Source: a virus. From it: a stretch of DNA of 64,000 nt. The stretch covers positions 1 through 64,000 of the IMG/VR virus record IMGVR_UViG_3300020442_000006. The stretch is one strand, 5' to 3'. Positions 19,101-27,452 of the stretch are shown here, one piece after another. The translations under genes and the position numbers were made by a program. The notes beneath the pieces are model-generated. The model saw only the letters and a list, made by a program, of their open reading frames with translations, did no database searches and had not been told where the DNA came from. The first letter of the stretch is position 1, and the number at the start of each line of letters is the position of its first letter.

Positions 19101-20356
19101 ACCTGATAGTTTGCAGTAATATTGTTACCGTTGATGATAGGGGAACCCTGTACATTATTCATCAACATATACTGACCCAACTCAAACGGGATGATTGAGT
19201 TTTGTAGAGCAAGAGTATCTCTTGGTTTGATCAGATCGATAAAAGTAGGAACAAGAGTTTCAGACTCATATCCTCTAACGTATGCTTTACCAGGTCCAAT
19301 CTCTACAGCATAGTGTGCAGTGGATGCATTATTACCTTGAGGAGAGATCTCACCAGGAAGATATACACCACCATTAGCACCATCATTATAATGTTCTCTA
19401 ATACGAACATCAAAATCACGAACTGTGTAGTCACCAGACTCGTCAAATGTTCTTCTAGCAAGTTCTTTTGCTAGTTCGTTATATGCAGATCTTTCAACAA
19501 AAGATTCTACTTGTGATCTCTTAATTCTTAAAAGTTCGATGAAGTTCTTGTCGGTGTCATCATCAATAACCTTCTTGACGAGGGAAGTCCTGATTCTAAA
19601 CCTATGAGCACCAGGAGCAGAGTAGTTAGACGTACCAGTTGCATTGTCATTTAGACTAGGATCATCTTCAGGAGTAACAATAGATTCAAAAATTTCTAGA
19701 CCAATTCTATATGAAGGGTTGTTTGTATATTGATCAAGAATAATAGTCTGTGCATTTACATCTACAAAGTGCCCTCTAATAAAGTAAACACCATTGGCGA
19801 TACTAGCAGTAGAACCAACAGCGGTAGAGTTTGTAGGAAGTAACTGTGCAAATGGAGTTCCAATCTCAATTAGAGATGAACCGTAAGTAATTTCAGAAGC
19901 ACAAACCAACTGTTCATTATTAACGAACTCTCTTGTATCTGAATCAGTACCACCAGATGTCAGATATTTAACGTATAGAGTAATATAACCACGCTCAGAT
20001 TCAGTAGAAGAAATACTGAATAAAACTTTTGCCTTAATACCAGTTGTCAGACCCTCAACAATCGTACCTGTAATTTGACTTCTATATTGTTCAACGTCTG
20101 CACCCAAGAATGAACCCTGAAGGATAACTGCTTTAGCATCAAGGTCATAACCAATCTGACCAGGGATGACCATACTGCCATCCTTAAACATATGTGTACC
20201 GAACGATTCAATCTGATTTTGCATCAGGGATTGAAGCGTCGTCAGTTCACGAGCTTGGATAGGATACCCAGGGCGGAATAGCACTCGGTAAAAATTATTC
20301 GCCTTATCGAAATCGTCGAAATAAGGGGCGATATTCAGATTGGTATTCTGAGGCAT
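13145..20356 (-). CDS. VrlC-like / DUF4815 virion structural protein (2403 aa)
   Basis: TNLNIAPYFDDFD...YRVLFRPGYPIQARELTTLQS, APGAHRF, ELARRTFDESGDY, TMRDIGKIEKRVDNLEYYTSL, DPLAQSF. Confidence 0.9.
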   Translation of the reverse strand: MPQNTNLNIAPYFDDFDKANNFYRVLFRPGYPIQARELTTLQSLMQNQIESFGTHMFKDGSMVIPGQIGYDLDAKAVILQGSFLGADVEQYRSQITGTIVEGLTTGIKAKVLFSISSTESERGYITLYVKYLTSGGTDSDTREFVNNEQLVCASEITYGSSLIEIGTPFAQLLPTNSTAVGSTASIANGVYFIRGHFVDVNAQTIILDQYTNNPSYRIGLEIFESIVTPEDDPSLNDNATGTSNYSAPGAHRFRIRTSLVKKVIDDDTDKNFIELLRIKRSQVESFVERSAYNELAKELARRTFDESGDYTVRDFDVRIREHYNDGANGGVYLPGEISPQGNNASTAHYAVEIGPGKAYVRGYESETLVPTFIDLIKPRDTLALQNSIIPFELGQYMLMNNVQGSPIINGNNITANYQVVEFRDQAQGSSLSSNGQIVALGRIAAFEYHSGTTVNATNTIFKAYVFDLQPLTIFKTDAAVTLTQGHVIRGRTSKAKAFVEADVSGGSMFKVYQVYGTFRNGEILERDGIEIGTLSDHFAFEVTDARSMIGRDPDTNNIRFAADLMMDSQVVILGTNFNVSSGGATGTLTGTQSNFTLDVRPNDIFTQNGVNSLTIDRISTASTNIDNKITNAITATYSSNNIPAGDYGFLVRLRPQIFDRETADLMIEMPKESINNISDESAIVARSFDDITVTGANDFTISLPADEQFLAYDKDHYQLVSLAPTPGTLIDIESNLAFNSTGTPRTSLTVSGLTGVTSCRLIASISKNQAEKKLKNATQMEVMKVERTSNSSDRVKYGLTYGSLYGTRIEDEEISLGSTDVYNIHAIYESTDNEAAVIPNLQMQDATIFKEGTIIEGQTSKAKARVVNFNAVSYVCHFVYENNNQFFLGETVRGFDANDEVISGLINDAEGSINNGSKNITSDFFLDPNQKGHFYDISKLVRYAGSTKPLRKLMIVFDRFTHEATGDYFAAQSYVGIDYGKIPAFTENGVTKELRDVLDFRPAVTPVLSGSGTVSSPYYVNCASLDFKDRGFSSGGVANNATVIDIPKPESDFRCDYDYFLGRVDKLFLTDQQQFKVVKGISGEGQELPSDLDNAMLLATFFHKPYGYSPADVRISRENNRRFTMRDIGKIEKRVDNLEYYTSLNMLEMETASFSVKDADGFDKFKNGFLVDNFSSFDSAQTRHEDFACALDFSEGILRASHYTTNVSLEYNDTASAGITNHSVGTLTLPYNEIQFIVQPYASRVENVNPFNVFAYIGRLDLFPSSDDWVSEEREPDRVVNIEGDFTAQVQALGGDTNTGFVPTQWNSWRTNWSSSSSSSSQQFMRRGSWPFIRRIFTNTTTTVSSQSRAGIRTNVVPRIDRQSLGDRVIERTVIPFIRSRNIAFKIQRLKPNTRFYAFIDNVNVNFYTTPRLLEVIKNPVDDTRTNNTPFVVGETAVGQSSGCHLKLMDPNTGFDDDLNPYDSSELPSSYASTTPLLNIDTKIMSETVAGEYYGNPLEGEILVGQTSGARAVVKTKRLVANTNGDLEGIMWIPNPGVDTNPRFATGTRVIRLTTSPTDSRVPGQVDSAASANYVASGVIETKQTTILAVRNADVVRDTVTQDRTVNSSSTSTRDTGWYDPLAQSFLVESKGGAFLTGAELYFNTKDERIPVSVQVREMANGYPTTKVLAFSDVTLLPSQINLSENGTVSTKFTFPSPVYVTENREYCLVVLSDSNEYKLWISRMGEDDITNDRTISEQPYAGVLFKSQNASTWTADQYEDLKFILHKAEFSPNSTGTAVFNNAQLAIGNGGISRLRHNPIETLKPQLKIILSDHVANFTIGAELTQTDTNPVPSAIVREVVQGISGSSNAYIIVDDVAGEFREGVASGQNYIYRLVSSRSIANLTLTGVTGTFTVDEPVTNGSGASGMVTAWNAGSGILTIKSVTGTFSDADPITQTINATTTGSGTIGSSGVALSGDDINDYASAPISYFNKATEVTIHHANHCMHDVANNVKIEGVISEVSPTVIDSAYHTNGITASDGVSGTFQLHVADAAAFHTLINGAAVSTSNPGYIILRDPDVGQKHFEIVQYNGISGDGKILTLPSGSRGQSGTAALIHNANTIVECYNLDGIPLVEINKLHTQIGSPTLDTYKIAVTSVSSNGIRNGGSDVTATQNVQFEQFYPQIQMTVYPETEVNPRINVVSATSLLDGNNTSEASFINDGVYIDCISNEDNYLGFPKMVCSQVNEDAKLSGSKSLAFQLLLSTQNANVSPIVDRDRCSLITTSNRINEISPANSNAEDRTGDLNAAVYISKVMNLLQPANSLRVSFEAWRHPDTEIHVMYRTLPVGTSLTFDEIGYTYFNGNGKEDKTVPKTEGILYRDLEYTFEGTEFSSAQIKIIMTSKNQAYVPELKNLRVMALSDL

Positions 20357-20360
20357 TGTT

Positions 20361-21896
20361 TTAGAACTCTACTACGATCTTGATGTCTTCAATTTGGTCG
20401 CCAGCACGGGAAATTGCTCTCCTATTGTCTATGTAGATCACTTTACCAGAGTCTTTTTTCACCTCGGGTTTGGCGTAACCAGATGTGAATGACATACCTA
20501 GGTCATACTCAGTGTTGTTAATAACACGAGTCGCTTCACCAGGAACGATAGGGAAGTTAATATCAGGGTCGGCAGAAGTACCAGAACCTGAACCAACAAC
20601 AGTGTTACCACCGTCAAAGACTGTTTTATTACCAGAGATTTCAGGGAAGATACCATCAACTCTGTTTTGGTAATACTTGAGAACTTTTGTTGTGGAGTTC
20701 CAAGACACAACTCGACCTCTAGCAGTCACCTGTTGACCACCAACAGTACGAGTCTGTGTAATAATTTCGTCAGTATTAAATGAACCTGTGAAATCGGGCG
20801 AGAAAATCACAGCGTTAGTAGCAGACAAAGTGATTGCGTCTGCCAATTCTTCAGTTCCAAACTTAAGAGGGTTCAGAACCAAACCGATACGTCTGTAATC
20901 GTTATCAGTTGGGAAATCACCAGAACCTTCATCGTATGTGAACTTAGTGTTGATCATTACACGGAAACCACCCAACTCAATTTGGGGACCTGAACCGTGT
21001 CCACCTTTCGGAGGAATGATCACGTCGATAGCACCACCAGATCCAGTACCTGCACCGATACCGTTGATCTCATCAATAATAACCTTACCGAAGGAATAGT
21101 TAGCACCACCAGAAGTTACAGTAGCAGAGACGATACGACCACCGTCAACCACAACAGAGATTCTTCCACCAGTACCATCACCTTTGATGGGGATGTTTTC
21201 ATATGTACCGTTGTTATATCCAGAACCTGCAGATTGGATAACAACAGTGTCAATCTCACCACCAACAGCATCAGACACAACAGCAGTATCTGTCAACACA
21301 GGCATATAGTCACCTGAGAAGAACTTCAGCACCTGACCCACAGGGATCGTGTACATATACTTCCAACGATAACCGTCAGCAGTTGTGATAATAGATGTAG
21401 ATGTACCTGTCGGTTCAACCGTTGAAGGTTTACCGTTAGGATCACTTGGAGATGTACCGTTGTAGATACACTTGTACGTTTGATAAGATGAGTTAACAAC
21501 GTAGAAGTCAGCATCATATAGTTTGGTAGCACCAGAAGATGCTGTTTTACTGGATGAATAATCGTGACGATACATATCGTACACATAACCCAAACCACCA
21601 GTGGTTTGTTCGGGTGGGATCCAGTCAATACGACGAATAACCTGAACAGCGTCGTTCGCAAGAACACGCTTCATCGAGATCATATCATCGAATGAATCAG
21701 AAAACTCCTGAAAAGAATCAACGGGGGTCGGAGGATTGTTCTCGTTATCCCATTCTTGAGGACGCCCAATGTACACATATAGACGATCCCTATTTGCACC
21801 AGCCGCTATGTCCGACTGGTTCTTGTCAGGACCTTCCAGTGATTTGATGAATTTTTCCGCAGTAAAAATTCTAAATTGGTCAGTAAGTAGTGCCAT
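20361..21896 (-). CDS. g8: baseplate wedge subunit gp8
   Basis: LLTDQFRIFTA, YIGRPQEW, VIRRIDW, DGYRWKYMYTI, VIIPPKGGHG, GKVIYIDNRRAISRAGDQIEDIKIVVEF. Confidence 0.93.
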   Translation of the reverse strand: MALLTDQFRIFTAEKFIKSLEGPDKNQSDIAAGANRDRLYVYIGRPQEWDNENNPPTPVDSFQEFSDSFDDMISMKRVLANDAVQVIRRIDWIPPEQTTGGLGYVYDMYRHDYSSSKTASSGATKLYDADFYVVNSSYQTYKCIYNGTSPSDPNGKPSTVEPTGTSTSIITTADGYRWKYMYTIPVGQVLKFFSGDYMPVLTDTAVVSDAVGGEIDTVVIQSAGSGYNNGTYENIPIKGDGTGGRISVVVDGGRIVSATVTSGGANYSFGKVIIDEINGIGAGTGSGGAIDVIIPPKGGHGSGPQIELGGFRVMINTKFTYDEGSGDFPTDNDYRRIGLVLNPLKFGTEELADAITLSATNAVIFSPDFTGSFNTDEIITQTRTVGGQQVTARGRVVSWNSTTKVLKYYQNRVDGIFPEISGNKTVFDGGNTVVGSGSGTSADPDINFPIVPGEATRVINNTEYDLGMSFTSGYAKPEVKKDSGKVIYIDNRRAISRAGDQIEDIKIVVEF

Positions 21897-21918
21897 TGGA
21901 CAGTTTCTACCTTCTCTT

Positions 21919-21926
21919 TATTTATG
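21919..21926 (-). promoter_or_regulatory. T4-type late promoter (CATAAATA)
   Basis: NATAAATA 23 nt upstream of g8. Confidence 0.7.
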
Positions 21927-21932
21927 AGGGTT

Positions 21933-23807
21933 TTAGTCGGGTTCGTTTCTGAGGTATGAGAGATACTCAATTTTCAGTGGTGTACCTACCGTTCCTGTCG
22001 AACCACCAGTAACGGTTTCGTTGTTATTCCAAAGGAAGTTACCTGCATTTCCTACTACAGTTTTAACTACCAGAGTCCGAGATGTTGAATCCCAAGACTT
22101 CACAGTGGCACTAATACCAGTGATAGATCCTGTAACAGTTTCATCAACTGTAAAGTTTCCATTTACGGGGTCAGTGCTACGCATAATAAATTGCACCTCA
22201 GCAGGGTGCAAATCACCATCTCCCAGTTCACCTGCTACAGATACTGTAGGAGATAGTGGAGGATTGGATCCATCAGTCATCTGGTCTCCAATCGCAAACA
22301 AAGTGGTATTTGTACCACCAACAGTTTCTTCAATACCATAAAGTGAAGATGCAATTCCACCGTCAAGGTTGATTTCACCTTCAAAGTCAGTATTAGTATT
22401 TACCAAATCGGGGATGCCATCGCCCGCTCCACCTACTTCATCGTCATCTTCGAATGCCTTATCTTGAATATAACTGATAGGAACAGTCAAGGTTATGATT
22501 CTTGCATCAGCAAGATCTATCAAGACGTGTGGTTCAACACCAGTTGAGGATGCTGAAGCAACACCACCAGTAAAGTCAATAACCTGTGACTTAACTTGAG
22601 AGGAACCACCATCAATGAAAGCAAGTTCATCAACCTCGAAAACGAGGAAGAGTGCTCTCTCAGATGGAATCCAGTCATATACTCTGGCAATTTTGTTACT
22701 AGAACTTTCTGTGGTTCTAATAACTCTGTCTCCGACGTTAAAGTTATATCCTGAAACGCCATTCGAATCATTTGCCAGGGAATCGACCGTTACCTTTTGA
22801 TCATATCGGAAGTTAAGAGCACGGTCGCAACCAGTGAAGGAGGTAAGTGTTTTACCCGTATATCGGATAACTTCTCGACCGATAAGAATTTTGCCTGAAC
22901 CAGGGTAAGGAGCAGTCGTTTGTACATAAATGGTTTGATCATTCTCGTCTACGTCTGCAAGTAGACCAGATATGTTATAGATGTTAGAGTTAAATGATTG
23001 ACGGTTTCTTGACTGTTTAGTCAAGTCAGTGTTCCGTGTAAACAGAACAGAGGGTGCAGACGAATATCCCCCACCAGGGTTGACAACATCAATAGATGTA
23101 ATGGAACCTAGATTGATGTTTGCTTTCGCAACACCACCAGATCCACCACCACCGTTGAGTAGGATAGTAGGTGCAGTTTCATAAAACTCACCAACGTTGG
23201 ATACTTGGATAGATTTGACAACGCCAAATTCATCCACCTCAGCAACGCCAGTTGCACCTTGTCCCCCGCCACCAGAGACAACTAAGTTGATGTCTCCCAA
23301 TTCATAGTTTGCACCAGGATTTTCTAGTGACAAACCAGTAACGAGTCCAACAACAGGACGAAGTTCAGCACCTGATCCACCACCACCTTTTACTTCAGCA
23401 GTTGTGGGAGATGAGAAATACTCGTCACCGTTAGACAAAACTTGTATGTATTGAATAGATCCTGCAGGAGCAATAATAGTACCATCAGGTGCAACTTCAT
23501 CCTGCTCATACAAGATTGCTTTTGCCACTGCACCGTGACCTACTCCTTCAGTTTCTAATTCAATTCTAAATGGATCGTATCCTTCTCCAGGATCCAAAAC
23601 CCTTACTGAAGCAATCTGACCATTTGATATTACTGGTTGTAAGACTGCTTCTCTAATTGGTGTACCACAGTTGCCGACTTTAAGTTGAGGAGGGTCAGAT
23701 GGATTATATCCATTCCCACCATCTACCACATAAACCTCTCTAACGCCATAGATGCTGTTAAAGATAGGTTCAATAATTGCTCCGCTACCAGGTACTGTTC
23801 TTGGCAT
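21933..23807 (-). CDS. baseplate wedge-type structural protein with GxGY repeats (624 aa)
   Basis: Repeated I.V..PG.GY motifs as in the giant g7-like protein; located immediately upstream of g8. Confidence 0.75.
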   Translation of the reverse strand: MPRTVPGSGAIIEPIFNSIYGVREVYVVDGGNGYNPSDPPQLKVGNCGTPIREAVLQPVISNGQIASVRVLDPGEGYDPFRIELETEGVGHGAVAKAILYEQDEVAPDGTIIAPAGSIQYIQVLSNGDEYFSSPTTAEVKGGGGSGAELRPVVGLVTGLSLENPGANYELGDINLVVSGGGGQGATGVAEVDEFGVVKSIQVSNVGEFYETAPTILLNGGGGSGGVAKANINLGSITSIDVVNPGGGYSSAPSVLFTRNTDLTKQSRNRQSFNSNIYNISGLLADVDENDQTIYVQTTAPYPGSGKILIGREVIRYTGKTLTSFTGCDRALNFRYDQKVTVDSLANDSNGVSGYNFNVGDRVIRTTESSSNKIARVYDWIPSERALFLVFEVDELAFIDGGSSQVKSQVIDFTGGVASASSTGVEPHVLIDLADARIITLTVPISYIQDKAFEDDDEVGGAGDGIPDLVNTNTDFEGEINLDGGIASSLYGIEETVGGTNTTLFAIGDQMTDGSNPPLSPTVSVAGELGDGDLHPAEVQFIMRSTDPVNGNFTVDETVTGSITGISATVKSWDSTSRTLVVKTVVGNAGNFLWNNNETVTGGSTGTVGTPLKIEYLSYLRNEPD

Positions 23808-23811
23808 TTAC

Positions 23812-25488
23812 TTATCTGATGTCAATGGTCCCAATCATTCCTGGGTGGATAGTGCACTGGTAATACAAAGTAGTAGGTGCATCCATAGGAACCGTGAAGA
23901 TCTGGAGACCAGTGTTACCACCAGTGATTCCAGTTGTGTATGCAGATCCACCATTCGATGTTCTAATCGCTAGTGGGTGAGCACCACCTGCTTGGTTATA
24001 CAAATCATATGTAAATCCACGGTACAAAATGATAGTAGGACTACCAGTAGCACCTGATGAAGGGAACCCTGGTCCTTGCACTGTATAACTTGATTGTCCT
24101 GCAGCAGTAAATCTGAACAGGATAGTAGGAGAAGGTTTATGGATTGTTACGTTATTATGTCCCTTAATGATTGATGATCCGATAGGAGCATTGTTGATCT
24201 GAGATTGGAATCCTCCACCAACTTCATTAAAGGTAGTACCATCGTTTGCAATCTCCAACTCACCATTGGCACCAATCTTCATTCTCTTGGTTCCAACCTT
24301 AATCTCTGTATCAGCAGGAAGTTCTAAGTTATCATTAGCATCGAACTTTAGTTTCTTAGTTCCACCAGATCCGAAACGAAGTTCTGCAGTATCTGGAACT
24401 TCGAGGTTACCAGATCCATCGAACTTGATTGATTTAGCAGCATCACCACCAAAGCGAATGTCAGTGCCAACAGGAAGATCCAAATTGCCACTACTGTCCA
24501 TAGCAATGACTTTCGCAGAGCCAGAAGCACCAAAACGAATAGAACTAGTTGAAGGAAGTTCAAGGATTCCGTCATCATCAAATTTAATTTCTTTACCTGC
24601 AGCAAATTTTAGTGCTTGTCCACCCAACTCAATGTTGCCTCCTTCATCCTCAGAAACCATACGGTTGTAGGATGTAATCTTGACAGCACTAGAGACAGAC
24701 AACTCTTGTGACTGATCAGCACCTGCAGCGGTTGTTGTTATATATCCACGTGCAGCACCTGCTTCAGCAACGAAGGTAGCAAACGTGACTGTTGCTTTAG
24801 CACCAGTAGCATCTTCAATTTGCAACTTAGTGCCTGCTTTCATTGCAGAGAATCTAAGTCTAAACTTCTCTTCTTGTGTAGAATCTTCAGAAGCAAGTTT
24901 AGATGCAATAGTACGAGTAGCACCAGTGTCAATGCTGTTAACAGTGTGCTCTTGTCTCTTTCTACGATTTAATTCTTGTGTTACTGTATCAGTAGAAATA
25001 CCAGTATCTCCCATCCAAATGGTAGATGTATCGAGGTACAGGTCTCTGAATTTCAGTGAGGGTGAACCCAGATCGTATGTTGCATCTGAGTTAGGAAGGA
25101 AATGTGTATCAATAACAACGTTACCCGATCCGTTGTTAGAAAGATTAGTGATTGAAGAACCACCGCCTCCACCACCTTGTAGATCGTCCCCTGCTTGCCA
25201 ACGAGCGTTTGCTTCGTTCCACTTCAGAACCTGTCCGTTACTGACACCGCTAACATCAATATCGGTAAGATTAGAAATAGAAAGTTGACCTTCAGTAAAT
25301 ACTGAACCATTCCATTTTAGAACCTGATTAGTTGACGGACTTCCGACACTAATTTGCAGGTTTGTGTTGTCTCCAAGAAAGGTATATAACTCATTGATAA
25401 CGTTGTTGAGTTTAATAGCACCATCTCTTAGGGTATCACCAGTGCCATCATTTGCTGACACACCAATGTTAAGATTTTGCTTAGCCAT
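23812..25488 (-). CDS. gp10/gp9-like baseplate-anchored fibre with C-terminal cupredoxin-like domain
   Basis: N-terminus KQNLNIGVSANDGTGDTLRDGAIKLN..INELY resembles T4 gp10; shaft repeats; C-terminal AHP...YYQCTIHPGM. Confidence 0.8.
   Translation of the reverse strand: MAKQNLNIGVSANDGTGDTLRDGAIKLNNVINELYTFLGDNTNLQISVGSPSTNQVLKWNGSVFTEGQLSISNLTDIDVSGVSNGQVLKWNEANARWQAGDDLQGGGGGGSSITNLSNNGSGNVVIDTHFLPNSDATYDLGSPSLKFRDLYLDTSTIWMGDTGISTDTVTQELNRRKRQEHTVNSIDTGATRTIASKLASEDSTQEEKFRLRFSAMKAGTKLQIEDATGAKATVTFATFVAEAGAARGYITTTAAGADQSQELSVSSAVKITSYNRMVSEDEGGNIELGGQALKFAAGKEIKFDDDGILELPSTSSIRFGASGSAKVIAMDSSGNLDLPVGTDIRFGGDAAKSIKFDGSGNLEVPDTAELRFGSGGTKKLKFDANDNLELPADTEIKVGTKRMKIGANGELEIANDGTTFNEVGGGFQSQINNAPIGSSIIKGHNNVTIHKPSPTILFRFTAAGQSSYTVQGPGFPSSGATGSPTIILYRGFTYDLYNQAGGAHPLAIRTSNGGSAYTTGITGGNTGLQIFTVPMDAPTTLYYQCTIHPGMIGTIDIR
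24250..24600 (-). repeat. four to five tandem ~24-aa repeats (IKFD..GNLELP...IRFG)
   Basis: IKFDDDGILELPSTSSIRFG / AMDSSGNLDLPVGTDIRFG / IKFDGSGNLEVPDTAELRFG / LKFDANDNLELPADTEIKVG. Confidence 0.85.
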
Positions 25489-25512
25489 AGCGGTGGGGTT
25501 TTTCTACAGTTT

Positions 25513-25520
25513 TATTTATG
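25513..25520 (-). promoter_or_regulatory. T4-type late promoter (CATAAATA)
   Basis: Overlaps the upstream stop codon, 25 nt before the next ATG. Confidence 0.7.
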
Positions 25521-27252
25521 TGAGGTCGAACTCGAAATTGGTCAAGTCAAATCTTAGGTTGTTCCTAGTGAAATCGGGATTGTTATTATCCCTATCAAGA
25601 GGAACCGCAGTCATATCATAACGTCCAACATTACTATCCCATTTCAAAACACCTGACGTATCTACTCCACTGGTTCCACCAGTAACAGTTAAGATAGCGA
25701 GGTTTGAGGATAGAGGAGAGTTTTGTGCTTGCTGAGGTTCACCAATAGGACCTATCAGCACACATCTATATCTATACCCAGTCATCCAAGAAAGTGCGAT
25801 AACGGTTAAAACGTTAGATGTTGCACCAGTAATATTAGACCAAGCAAAACCACCATCAGTGGAGACCTGCCACTGATAGTTAATAGTTCCTGCTTGTGGT
25901 TGAACCTCTGCTAGAACGGTAAACGTTTGAGTACCACCGTTGCTAACAGTAGCATTGGTTGGTTGCAAAGAGATTACCAAAGAAGGTGGATCTGGATCGT
26001 CACCACCTTGGTCTCCACCACCCTGCTGCTGTTCTTGGGTAATGCCTTGATTAGCAGGAACATTAACTTGTTCTTTTGATACTAGACCAAAGATGAATGG
26101 AAATTTAGGTTCATAACTCATATCTGCGATCACAGTGCCGATCGCATTGTTCGCCATACCTGAATGATTCAGGCAGTAATAATATAGATTAGCAGGTGCA
26201 TCTTGAGGAACTGTAATTACAGTTTTAGCACCAGGTTGCCCAGGAGTTCCGTGATATGTTACTCCTGAAGTGTATTCTGTACCTAGGTTCCAAGGTCCGT
26301 TCAAGGTCGCTGAGATACGAATATTGTGTGTGGCGTTAGAGGGGTCTGACTGATCAAATGTATAGGTAGAACCTTTGGTAAAGGTTATGTCAGGATATAA
26401 AACGCCATCAAGTCTGTATTTGTTGCCATCACTTTCTGAAGTGACAGTGACAACGAAAGTCTTATCGTCAGAAAGATCATCGTGAATCGACATAAAGTAC
26501 GCAAAGGTACCAGTCGGATATTCGGGAGTATGACAGAAACGCCCGTTATATGCATCTAGATGTCTTCCAGGGAGGTCTACATTGTATTCATAGTCTTGAA
26601 TAAATGCACCTTTAGGGTATGTTGAATCATATGCAGGTCTATTAACAGCAATCTGATCACGGATCGTATATCCTGTGACCATAATTTTGACTGCTGATGT
26701 ATTGTCAGTCGGGTTGTCATATCCATATGGTCCGTAGATAGGATACCCATCAAAGCAAAAACCGATGATCTTAGAGTGACCATCAGGGTGACGCATATTG
26801 TCACCTTCATATTGTGTTGAACCGTAGTAATCGTTATAACCTGCCATCACCTGATTTGCTTTCCAACAATTCAGGAGATGTGAGTCACGGTAATGATATT
26901 GTCCAGTTGTTTCAGGATAACCACCACAGTTGTCTTCACCAAAGTCAATAGCAGTATTTGTTCCTGATGCAACCCAGTTGAACCCTTGTGGAGGAGTTCC
27001 TTGTGATCCACCTGAAGGATTATAAATGGCAACTCCATTGGCACTAAGACCAACGATGCCTACAGGAAGAGATCCTGAAGTTGTTGAGTTTGTCCCACCT
27101 CTATAGGTAAAGTTGTGGGAGAAAGTATATGATGTAATCGTATTGGCATTATCACTATTCGGGAACGTACCAGGAACTACAGGAGTTGGAAGACCATCAC
27201 CTGTGATTGTTAGTATGTCTGTTACTGAATTGTAACTCCCATTTGCTGCCAT
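25516..27252 (-). CDS. YHYH-domain + cupredoxin-like + Ig-like virion protein (578 aa)
   Basis: GQYHYR, HSKIIGFCFDGYPIYGPYGY, LDAYNGRFCHTPEYP; THN...YYYCLNHSGM; QPTNATV...YQWQ...YRYRC. Confidence 0.8.
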   Translation of the reverse strand: MAANGSYNSVTDILTITGDGLPTPVVPGTFPNSDNANTITSYTFSHNFTYRGGTNSTTSGSLPVGIVGLSANGVAIYNPSGGSQGTPPQGFNWVASGTNTAIDFGEDNCGGYPETTGQYHYRDSHLLNCWKANQVMAGYNDYYGSTQYEGDNMRHPDGHSKIIGFCFDGYPIYGPYGYDNPTDNTSAVKIMVTGYTIRDQIAVNRPAYDSTYPKGAFIQDYEYNVDLPGRHLDAYNGRFCHTPEYPTGTFAYFMSIHDDLSDDKTFVVTVTSESDGNKYRLDGVLYPDITFTKGSTYTFDQSDPSNATHNIRISATLNGPWNLGTEYTSGVTYHGTPGQPGAKTVITVPQDAPANLYYYCLNHSGMANNAIGTVIADMSYEPKFPFIFGLVSKEQVNVPANQGITQEQQQGGGDQGGDDPDPPSLVISLQPTNATVSNGGTQTFTVLAEVQPQAGTINYQWQVSTDGGFAWSNITGATSNVLTVIALSWMTGYRYRCVLIGPIGEPQQAQNSPLSSNLAILTVTGGTSGVDTSGVLKWDSNVGRYDMTAVPLDRDNNNPDFTRNNLRFDLTNFEFDLT

Positions 27253-27449
27253 TAGTCGATTTCCGTAAGGTTATATTCACAGATCATCGCAAAGGTTTGT
27301 TTCTTCAAATATTCGAGAAACTGTTGTTCTTCTACAGGTCTCGCAGGAGAACCTGGCCACATCTTGATCGAGTAACAAAGGTGATCATAGAATGCACGAA
27401 GTTCGTGGATTCCCATCTTCCACTCGCAATAGAATTCATTATCTTCCAT
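27252..27449 (-). CDS. conserved cyanophage hypothetical protein (65 aa)
   Basis: MWPGSPARPVEEQQFL motif; fills the gap exactly, stop overlaps the next start. Confidence 0.7.
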   Translation of the reverse strand: MEDNEFYCEWKMGIHELRAFYDHLCYSIKMWPGSPARPVEEQQFLEYLKKQTFAMICEYNLTEID

Positions 27450-27452
27450 TAT

